Part shown: positions 28,101 through 40,100 of the stretch, in pieces
Layout of the letters: each line of letters opens with the position of its first letter
Position numbering within the stretch: the first letter of the stretch is position 1
Origin: Tubiluchus corallicola
Taxonomy: Eukaryota; Animalia; Priapulida
Assembly: GCA_030141605.1 (NCBI GenBank)
Contig: JAQGDQ010000616.1
Coordinates: 1 to 64,000, forward strand
Reading direction: 5' to 3'
Length of the DNA: 64,000 nucleotides
Position numbers and translations under genes: made by a program
The notes under the pieces: model-generated
Database searches by the model: none
Told to the model about the DNA's origin: nothing
Seen by the model: only the letters and a program-made list of their open reading frames with translations

Positions 28101-31100
28101 ATCAGAGATTAACAAAAATTGAGACAAAAATCCGCAGTCTCAATTAAATTTCTGTGTTAAATTTAGTTGTAACAAAATTCTACTGCTTATTTAAATTTAG
28201 TTTTTTTGGCAACGAATAGTCATCAACGTCAACAATACCATTGTGGTCATCATAACTGTCATCATCATCAACATTCTCATAGTCGTCATTGCACTGAAAT
28301 GCACCTTGACCAGTAAAAAAACTCAAAATGCTCTTTAAGTCCTATGGGACAATTTAACTACCCGGGCCCTGCTTAAATCCTGCTTAATACAAATTAACCA
28401 GAAACAAAACCAGAACTTACCGATGGTTCTGCGGTCCGTGTGCTGTGCCTCGATCCAACGGGTCTCCTATCGTCATCTTTTTTACCTCTGCCACCTAGTG
28501 TGAATGATTCGAATTAAGTGTAATAGTTTTTGACATAGGAATAGGTACTTAGTAACATTAATGGATGCCTTCTACTTTCGATAGGGTTACTGATGGACAG
28601 AAAGATTAGGTATGAAAAACTTATTCCAAAAAAATCAGACAGTATCAGAATCAATCCTAGAATCGATAACACTTCTGTTTCCTGTCTTGGTCATACTAAA
28701 CTAGCTAAATACTTAAAAATTGTATGTGCTGTTGCACTGTCCGCTAGCACAAAATGAATTTTTACTACTTTTTTCTACTCAGCGGTTGCAGGAGTATCAG
28801 TAATCAGTTCAATAACCAAAAAAACAAACACACAAGTAAAGTAATTGTAATATAACAACAAGTTAATTCACATCATCTAAGTTCGTAAATTAATTGCACA
28901 TCACACAAGTTTAGTACTGTAGCTCTACATAAGTTCATTTCACATCACATAAGTATACATACAAAAGTTATTTTCACGTTGTGAAAGTCATTTTTGAAGT
29001 TGTTGTTTAGTCACATTGCTATGATTGAGTTTAGACACAGAGAAGTATGAATAGGAACCAAAAATCTATAATAAATATTTGGACTGCACACAATAGAAAA
29101 CTGTTTATTAAACTACAGAAAACATGAGTAGCAAAACTGCTGCACTGAACATTGAGCAAACTAGAAAAGCAAAAACAGTCAGTAAAACCTGTTTCACAGT
29201 CAGTATACAGGTATAGAACTTGACCTATGCAGAGTTGCACAGGCTTCACAACAACCATTAATTTTAGATACATCGTACAATTCCAACTTCCACACACATC
29301 ATATAAGTTAATTATTTGCACATAGAGTATTTAAATTTGAAATTATGTGACTAATGACTATACAATGACTACATGAAACAACTCAAATTCTTCACATCAA
29401 TTAAGCAAGGGAATGTATACACCTCTGATATATAAAAGGCACGAATTATTGGATTCTACATGCAACAATTATTACTGTATCAGACTTAAAATGTTTAGGT
29501 AATCAGTATATTGTTGTGCTATCTTCAATACATTTTTATTTTGATCGTGAGGCACAGGATTTCCGGAAAGGTAATACAGTAAAGTAACTTAAACATCTCA
29601 GGACGGGAAAATTTGCTCGAGTTATACGTAAGTACGAGTTAGAAGATGTTTGTAAGAAAACAAGATTGAATCACTCATCAACATCGGACAATACACTAGC
29701 CTATGAAAATGACAAACTGAACCTTTAACCAAATATCATTTATTAATTTTTATGATTAATCAAAAAATATCAAATGTCTGGTCTACCTCTATTGTAGTCT
29801 GAGTAGCATGGTGAATAGAATTTGGCAACAATAATAATGTGATCTACATTAAACCACGTTCGTAAAGCCATGTTGTGTGCAACGTTCTGCTAAGGTAATA
29901 CAAGAAACCTTGGCATTTTTGCTGAATATAGCACTAATCAAAATCGTAATGTGGTGCACACTTCCACGTAAGATTTCTCACCTGGGAGGCTCTTTGAGAC
30001 AGGCAAGGTAATTTCAGTCAAATTCTCAAGAATTGTACTGGGATTCAGTTTGAGTTACACAATGTTTGGTAAAGGAAAAAACGAAAGGTAAAATCCGTTA
30101 CACAAGATCTGTTCGAGACACAAGAATTCGAGTTATACCCGGTGAGAGTTATATGTAGTTTACTGTATGTAATTGACACACAGCTAATATAATTTTTAAT
30201 TTGCCATTGTACTAATGCCACAAAAGCCTAAAAAGCTAAAACGAATTCTACGGAACCGATATGAATATTGCTCACCATTTTCTCCACAAACTCATCATGG
30301 ATGGAATCTGCTACAAATATTCGTCCAGCCGCTATGCAGTTCTCACCCTTGTTGAAAAACACAGCGCCGCTTGCCTACAGAAACACAGAGAAAACTTTAC
30401 AGTAAAAATTGAAAAATACGGCAGCGCTTGCCTACAGAAACACAGAGAAAACTTTACACTAAAATTGAAAAATACGGCACCACTTGCCTACAGAAACACA
30501 ATAAAAAACATTCAAAACTTAAAATCATTGATTATCGGTGCACGTTCTTATCATAATACCGTCAAATTTGTTTATATGTATATTTATATGTTTATATACA
30601 GGTATATATGTATGTATCATTAACATATATATTGTATATTAACTATTGCTAGCAGTTATAAACAAATAAAAGACAATTTCCAATTTATGTACCTCACAGA
30701 GAGTATGTTATCTTGCATATTGACCAAAAACGTTAAAAGACGGGGTAGTTAGAATCAGGGATGTTAAATAATATAAATATGGCATTACGTTAATGATACG
30801 ATTCCAACGATACATTATACGGCGATACACGATAAGAATGATAGATATATCGGAGATACAATGGTAACAATAAAAACAAATTACCGATACATATATCGTT
30901 ATAGATAACATTCCTAGTTAGAATAAGTACACAAAACTAGGCTATAATTACCAGTCCAGTTTAACTGTTTTGAGTTTTGGAATTAAGGATTGAAAATTAA
31001 AAAGTTATGAATGTTTGCCAGTCTGAATAAGCAGGAATTGTAGAGGGAACTTACCTGTCTGACAGCTCTCTTCATATTTGGTAAGTTATGAATGTTTACC

Positions 31101-34100
31101 TGTCTGAATAAGCAGGAATTGTAGAGGGAACTTACCTGTCTGACAGCTCTCTCCATATTTGGTAATTTATGAATGTTTACCTGTCTGAATAAGCAGGAAT
31201 TGTAGAGGGAACTTACCTGTCTGACAGCTCTCTTCATATTTGGTAAGTTATGAATGTTTACCTGTCTGAATAAGCAGGAATTGTAGAGGGAACTTACCTG
31301 TCTGACAGCTCTCTCCATATTTGGTAAGTTATGAACGTTTACCTGTCTGAATAAGCAGGAATTGTAGAGGGAACTTACCTGTCTGACAGCTCTCTCCATA
31401 TCACAGTCTCCAAAAATAATGAGAGGAGATTTTCCTCCAAGCTCTAGTGAACACTTCTTTACATTACTTACAGCACAGCTGAAATACAAGAAGTAAACAA
31501 TTTAACTTACATATCAAAGCAAAGATGTGGGAAAAATAGATCCAAATAAGAGTCTGCAGAACATGTTAATGACTTTTTGAAAGAGGAAAAAAGGGTTGAG
31601 AGGGCAAATGAAGCTCAAGATTTCGTAAATTGCTGATTGGTTTTTCAATGATAGTAGTGATGGCAGTAGGATTAGGAAAAGTTAGGATTAGTTAGGTTGT
31701 GGGATTAGGAAAAGTTAGGATTAGTTAGGTTGTAGGATTAGGAAAAGTTAGGATTAGTTAGGTTGTAGGATTAGGAAAAGTTAGGATTAGTTAGGTTGTG
31801 GGATTAGGAAAAGTTAGGATTAGTTAGGTTGTGGGATTAGGAAAAGTTAGGATTAGTTAGGTTGTGGGATTAAGAAAAGTTAGGATTAGTTAGGTTGTGG
31901 GATTAAGAAAAGTTAGGATTAGTTAGGTTGTAGAATTAGGAAAAGTTAGGATTAGTTAGGTTGTGGGATTAGGAAAAGTTAGGATTAGTTAGGTTGTGGG
32001 ATTAAGAAAAGTTAGGATTAGTTAGGTTGTAGAATTAGGAAAAGTTAGGATTAGTTAGGTTGTAGAATTAGGAAAAGTTAGGATTAGTTAGGTTGTGGGA
32101 TTAAGAAAAGTTAGGATTAGTTATGTTGTAGAATTAGGAAAAGTTAGGATTAGTTAGGTTGTGGGATTAGGAAAAGTTAGGATTAGTTAGGTTGTAGGAT
32201 TGGGAAAAGTTAGGATTAGTTAGGTTGTAGGATTAGGAAAAGTTAGGATTAGTTAGGTTGTGGGATTAGGAAAAGTTAGGATAAGTTAGGTTGTAGGATT
32301 AGGAAAAGTTAGGATTAGTTAGGTTGTAGGATTAGGAAAAGTTAGGATTAGTTAGGTTGTAGGATTAGGAAAAGTTAAGATTAGTTAGATTGTGGGATTA
32401 GGAAAAGTTAGGATTAGTTAGGTTGTGGGACTAGGAAAACAGGGCAAAGGAAAATTAGTGAAAGGAGTTAAAAGGAAACCTCCAAACCAATTCCTCTTGA
32501 CAATGCTCACAACAAAATTTTCATCAAAGTTGTTCTTCACACTCAAATATGGAGTAAAGAAAAGCACAGCAAACTGGAAAACTAGATACGAAGTATAGCA
32601 GACATAGAAATATAATTATAAAAATTAAATTTCTCTACGTCACAATAGTTACAGAAGTTAAATTCTCAAGGCGTATGATGATAAACTCGAGTTGCGTACA
32701 CAGTAATAACTAAATAGCCTGTCACGATCCACAATGCTGAAATATTAATTCTTAAAGCTGAATTTAGCTAAACGAAGCACTTTGCGTGATCTCCTGCTGT
32801 GTTGGACTAAGAAAAGCAAGCCATGCCCAGGGCCTATTTCATGGGGGGGATACTTTCCCGGGGCCTGAACCTCCAGGAGGCCTCCCGCCAAGGTAACAAT
32901 TTTTTTGCTTTATGCGAACATACTGCCTCCTCTCTCGCTCTCTCTCTCTCTCTTTCCACACGCGCGCTGTTTGGTATTAAGGACTGTTTTTGAGAATAAA
33001 GCATTTTTTCTTTCAATTGTTCTTTCCTTTAACAACTGTATTCACACGCCCCACTTCCCCGGGCCTAGCTTAGGCTGAAATAGGCCCTGGCCATGCCGAC
33101 TGAAAAGGTCTTGACAACGATTAAAGAGACACATGCTGGCTGACCTCTTCATGATCTGCTGTCCGATTTCCGTCGACCCCGTGAAGCCAATTTTCCGCAC
33201 GTCCGGATGGTCAGCTATTGCTTGGCCGATTTCAGCACCTAGAAGCAAACATGTGCATTATACCTACAATATCTGTTTCTATAATGCAGAACAAGAAACG
33301 CCATGCTCATTTGTTATAGCTGATAGTTATATCACCACATTCTGTACTCGAAAACAGGAGTAATACGGCTCCAGCAAGTTAATGTTCCTCCTTTCCCAAA
33401 CAGAGAGACTCAGTTCTAGTGAGTCTCCTGTCCCCGTAAATTTGGAGGTGTGCATGCATAATTGTAAACAGTCGTCTCATCATTGTAATGGCACTTAGTT
33501 GCTTAATTACTTCAATGAAATAAGAATGTTTCCAGCAAGAATGCTATAATTATCAATTAACATATAACAATACTGAGTGAAAGATAAGCACCAGATAAAG
33601 GTAGTTCTTTAAAATAGATCAGATTCATAGTCAAAGGTTTTTTTTGTAAAATTTTGTAAATGTGCATTTATAATGTAAAATGATTGTGACTACAGACATT
33701 AATCTCAAATAAAAGAATTTTTTTTGTTACTGCTGTTGATGTTGTTGTTGTTGTTGTTTTGTTGTTGTTGTTGTTGTTGTTATTATTACTATCATTATTA
33801 TTGTTATTATCAAATGTAACAATACAAAGTGATTGATAAGAACCAAAGAAAATACCACGTAACAATGAACTGATGACTGAACAGCAGATATAGTGTGAAA
33901 CAATGATGTAACCATGTGAAAGTGACATGGTAGAGACAGCAGTTTGAAAATGTGAAAACTCTCTAAGAAAAGGTGATAAACAAGTCCGAGTTCGTAATAT
34001 ATTAATAACGTACCTGAGCCAGGTAAAATATTAATAACACCAGGTGGAAAACCGGATTTGACGACTAGTTCAGCAAATTTCAAAGCTGTCAGTGGTGACA

Positions 34101-37100
34101 CCTATAGTTAAGAAACAAAATTAGTTCACACATAAAGCAAATTTAATTCCTAATGATAAGAATACTGACAATTAATGAAAAAAATCCAACAACTAAAAAA
34201 AGAAAAAACACAATGTTTCAAGCCACCACTGCAGTTTATCTTCAAGAGAAAGAATAAGAAAGAAAAAGGAAAAATCAAGAAATTACTAATAAAAATTTAG
34301 TGGAAGTTTTTTAAATTATTAATATTTAAAAAGGAACCAATCGCATAGAAAAAACACAGCAGCACAATAAATAAAAAACGCAAGAGAAAAAACAGAAGTA
34401 TAAAATTACTGGCCACACAGACATAACAAAAATAAACCTTTCCACAGTTCAGCAACGCCTGTGCAGTGTTAAGTGAACCCCAGCAACACATCTTAACTAC
34501 AATGGTTGAGTGACATGTGGGTAAAGCAAAGCCATCTGCCGAATCAGTTCAGTAACTTTAGCTGCGGCACCATTTTCTTGTTGTTTTGTGTGGACTTTAC
34601 TCAATTATGCATTATTCTGCTTGATGTAGAGTGATTTACTAACAGGATCTTACTTTTGGGACCAAGAAAAATGAACTAACTTCTAGCTAGATGTTAAAAT
34701 GTTACGACTAAAATATCATGGGCTGAGAAGCATTGTCAAGTGTAGACAAATACGTTGTCTGGTTCACTTAATCTTTGACCTTTTCACAATCATCAAATGC
34801 TGCAACTTTGAAAAGGCTTATCGACAAAATTACTAATTTCACATTTTTTGGCTGTATGAATCACTCATGATAAACAGCAATTATAAAATGTAGAAACTAA
34901 ACAAAGAATGGCAAATGATCATTATAATGTGCTGAAAATTTCTTAGTAGAATAATATTGTTGTTTTTTTACCTGAGCAGGTTTCAACACGACTGTATTCC
35001 CAGCTGCAAGGCAAGCGGACAACTTCCAGGCCAACATCATGAGGGGATAGTTCCAAGGCGTCACAATTCCGCACACCCCTATCGGTTCTCTTCGAGTAAA
35101 AGTGAGATTTCGCAATGGTCGCGCATGACTAATCGGAATAGTTTCACCCTGAATAAACAAACACGGGAAATGGTTGCCGACTATAAAACAACTAAAGCAA
35201 AGAAATAAGTACAACATTCTACAAACTAGAAATGCATTCTCTAGACTGAATACTTCTATGAATACTAACTGATGACATAGATTTTCATGGATGAATTAAA
35301 AAAACTCAGTTGACTACTTAGCTCGCTCATTAAGTGTTAGCAGATGTACAAGAGACTAAAAACAAACAATTTGTTGTATTTTATGTGAGCCAATACAGAG
35401 TTCACTAATTTATACACATATTCTCTGAAATATGTTAGAAAAACGTATTTTGCTTTAAGAATATTTGCTAAGCAAACATAAACAGTGTAAAAATGAACAT
35501 AGTGAAAGCCATAATTCTACTTCACATATAATGATATTTAATTTGCTTACTATAAAGAACACGAGTACCGAAAATCAAAGCTTTCTGTACATCCTAATAA
35601 GTGTAACTGCATTAAAATTTAGTACCGAAAATCAGAGCTTTCTGTACATCCTTATAAGTGTAACTGCATTAAAATTTAGTACCAAAAATCAAAGCTTTCT
35701 GTATATCTTTACAAGTGTAACTGCATTAAAATTTAGTACCAAAAATCAGAGCTTTCTGTACGTCCTTGTAAGTGTAACTGCATTAAAATTTAGTAAGCAA
35801 AAATAAAGTTAGAAATTGAGTGTAATTTTCCACACATACAAACAAAAAACTGCAGACCTGAATTTTATCGCACCAGCCGGCAAAATAACGGAATGTATCA
35901 ATAGACATTCCAACGTGAGTTTTCAGCGCCAGTGTGTAGACGGCGCCAGAGTCAATACTTTCTATTGTCGCAAGTTCTTCCCTGTGCTGATCCATAAGAT
36001 CCGCTAATCTAGAAAAAATGCAAAAACCTCATTAATTCACATCTTCTCACTCCTAAACATTCTAAGTAAAGACCGCACATTCTGTTTACTAGGACAATAT
36101 TAGTTCCTAAACTCCATATTATTATTGCACAGTTTTAGAAACAATTTACTGAATAATTTACTTATCTTACCTATATACAAAATACTTGGAAACCATCACA
36201 AATCCCTAAACAGCAAGTAAAATTAACATGCCTGCAATGAACAAATGGTCTACCATTGGCTTACCTACAACTTTGTAGCCTAAAAAATAGGGTTTCCACG
36301 GATAGCAAAAATCAGACTCGGGTACCCTATTCCTTATATCAGTCGGGTACCCGGGCACAAGATTGTTAAGATTCACTTACTGGCAATGAAGAAACTGCAA
36401 TCATTTATATTCACAAATAAAAACAACCACTGGTGCATTTTAATTAAGTTCACTGTTATGTTAATAATAAGCATTCATTTATTACACCACAAGAGCCTGA
36501 ACACACGAGCTGTGAGTCGCAAAAGTTAATGTTTTCCTACGCAAGGTATTTAACTGAGTTTTTATCTGCCAGACTTTTTAACTACTTACTAGAACTCTCT
36601 ATCAATGAGTCGGCTATGTCTACCTAGATACAGCACTAAGCACTATTAATACAGCGTAGGGATTAGGGGAATAAAATAATCTATATTATCCTTTTTGTAT
36701 GTTGTTAAACGTACAAGTCTGTTAATTCGTATTCTTTGTTGGTGGCCTGGTTTTAAAGGTTAATAAACAATTTCACATGGATAATTAACCTCTTGGTAAA
36801 AAAATCATAATTTACATTTGTAATTCACCCTTAGAGCAAACATAGTTTGATCTGCCATTTCCCTATTGGTTGATTGCCTGGCACACTGCCAATGCAGTAG
36901 TTAATAGTCTGCACCTACTGTAGAATGTAACAATAGACATAGACATAGACATAGAACATTTATTTTCTCCAATTAGTTTAACACCAAATTTTTTTTAAAT
37001 ATTAAGTAATTATAATCATGGAGCAGGGCAGGGAAGGACCATAGGGTCATGTAGTCTCCTGCCCTTTCTTACAAATAGATTAGTCCATTAAAAATTAACG

Positions 37101-40100
37101 GTGATGCTGCAGATAACAAAAACAAATAAGAAAAAAATAATAATAAAAACAGTATAAATGATACAAATTATCCAAAAAGAACAGAAAACAAAAAATAATA
37201 AAGTTAGATACCAAAATGTAAACAAAACAAAACAAAACAATTATTCAGTAATCAGGATTATTATATGTAGTAGTTTCAAACTTGATCTTATTAACATTTG
37301 AAACTACTACATATACTCTTAATTACTGAATAATTGTATTGTTTTGTTTAGATTTTGGTATCTAACTTTATTATTCTTTGTTTTCAGTTCTTTTTGGATA
37401 ATTTGTATCATTTATGCTGTATTTATTATTTTTCTTATTTGTTTTTGTTATATATACAGTATTAGAAATGTCTGCATTTTCATTGTTTGGAGCCAGGCAG
37501 AAAGATCAGCTTCATTGTTTGGAGCCAGGCAGAAAGATCAGCTTCATTGTTTGGAGCCAGGCAGAAAGATCAGCTTCATTGTTTGGAGCCAGGCAGAAAG
37601 ATCAGCTTCCATTGTTTGGAGCCAGGCAGAAAGATCAGCTTCATTGTTTGGAGCCAGGCAGAAAGATCAGCTTCATTGTTTGGAGCCAGGCAGAAAGATC
37701 AGCTTCATTGTTTGGAGCCAGGCAGAAAGATCAGCTTCATTGTTTGGAGCCAGGCAGAAAGATCAGCTTCATTGTTTGGAGCCAGGCAGAAAGATCAGCT
37801 TCATTGTTTGGAGCCAGGCAGAAAGATCAGCTTCATTGTTTGGAGCCAGGCAGAAAGATCAGCTTCATTGTTTGGAGCCAGGCAGAAAGATCAGCTTCAT
37901 TGTTTGGAGCCAGGCAGAAAGATCAGCTCTCATTGTTTGGAGCCAGGCAGAAAGATCAGCTTCATTGTTTGGAGCCAGGCAGAAAGATCAGCTGCATTTT
38001 CATTGTTTGGAGCCAGGCAGAAAGATCAGCTTCATTGTTTGGAGCCAGGCAGAAAGATCAGCTGCATTTTCATTGTTTGGAGCCAGGCAGAAAGATCAGC
38101 TTCATTGTTTGGAGCCAGGCAGAAAGATCAGCTGCATTTTCATTGTTTGGAGCCAGGCAGAAAGATCAGCTTCATTGTTTGGAGCCAGGCAGAAAGATCA
38201 GCTTCATTGTTTGGAGCCAGGCAGAAAGATCAGCTTCATTGTTTGGAGCCAGGCAGAAAGATCAGCTGCATTTTCATTGTTTGGAGCCAGGCAGAAAGAT
38301 CAGCTTCATTGTTTGGAGCCAGGCAGAAAGATCAGCTTCAGGTAATAAACAATGAACAATGAACAATGAACAATGAACATTACCACAAAACACCAACCAA
38401 TGAGACAAGAGGAAACCCCATAAAAAGCCTGACAGAGAAAAAACATCTCACCTGTACATTATTGAGCCTCTATCCCGTGCACTCATCTTACCCCAGTCCC
38501 CCTCGTAGAAGGCGTTGTGAGCGTAATGTATTGCCAAATCAACATCCTCGGATGAAGCCTTTTGTACCTAAACAAATCAGATACCTTGTAATGTTCTCCA
38601 TCAACATCTATAACTACTGACAAAGAAGTTACTTAGTAAAGTTGTAAAGTTAGTTTCTTTGTTTGTTTTCCTTAAACAATTGGTGCCAGTACTCGGCGAT
38701 ACAAAAAAAATAGACAAGGAAGCTGTTCAGAAATATCAATCGTCATCTCTGGAGTCGCAAGTCCTCAGACATGACCCTTGCTATCACTTCATCCTGCCTT
38801 GTCACCTCGGCCTCCCGTGTCTTTTTGATATCTAATGGTGTGTTGACAAGATTTTTCTGGATGAAATTGATGTGAGCAGCTGCCCTCCTAGTGGTTTGTT
38901 TTCTTGCTGCATTGCTTCTTTGAAAGTTAACTTTAATGGACTGTCATCTGGTAGTCGTATAACACGTGCTATCCATCTTAATCTTCTCTTTTTGATTTTA
39001 ACTGTCCATTCCTCTGCCTTGATTTTATTAAACAGATCCTGGTTTGATGTTTTCTTTGGCCATTTTATTCCTAGAACGTTTCTGCAGTTTCTTCTTTAAA
39101 AAGCATCAATTTCTGATTTGTGTTGAGCTTTGATTGTCTATAATTCTAAGTTAAAGAGAAACACAGTTTCCACAAGTGCAGCAAAAATCTTCTTGATTTT
39201 GTATCTAGACTAATCATCTTACTTTCAAAATTTTTTCTTAATTTGGAATATGAAACCAGTGCTAAGATTTTCTTCTTGATATATCTTCATCTGTTGCTAG
39301 AAGACTGCCTATGTATTTACATTTCCTCCACGCATCATCTCCATTCCTTTTTATGTGATACTCTTCTGTTTTATCTTTATTTGATATGAGGTCAATTTCT
39401 TTTAATTCCGTTTCTACTTTGATTTTCAAATCATCTATTTCATCTTTGGTTCTTGCTATCTATGCAATATCATCAGCATATTGCAGGTCTATGGTTGTAG
39501 GGAATTTTGTTTCATTAGCATAATTGTGTTCTAATTCTGTTCCCGATAGCAGCTTTTCTGAATCCAGATTTGTATAATTGTGGTCACAAAGTTCTTTTCT
39601 CGGTATACTACTATTCCTGTCCATTAATGCTATAGCAAGGTAGAAAGTGAAGAGAACAGGACTTAGGCAGTCTCCTTGAGGTATTCTGTTATTCGTAGAA
39701 AATAAATCACTGTTTGCCTTCATATCTAACACTAATTAGATCTTCTAATATTGAGATATTGGACTTGGCCATTCCATGTGGGAAATATGGGAAACCTTTT
39801 CTGGATCATTAACACTCAATTTGCTGTGCTAACCAGTCACATCAAGTACTTCCAAAAAGTTTTGACATACATGCATACTTTACTGAAATATATCGAAAAT
39901 TGCAAATAGACAGTAATTGTTCAAAATAAATCCCAATTATTTTATTAATGATTAATCATTTATTTCAACAGACATATTAACATTAATGGATCTCTAGTTG
40001 CAGGCAAAGTTTAACTTAAAAAGGACATGTGTGCACACACGCACGCACTGATATATGATAGACATACGTTTATAAAAAGAGATATATTTTGCTTACTTTC

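Noticed and set aside
37344-38362. Three overlapping ~300-aa ORFs
   Set aside because: A 32-bp repeat without stops cycles through the same three peptides in every frame; artefact.
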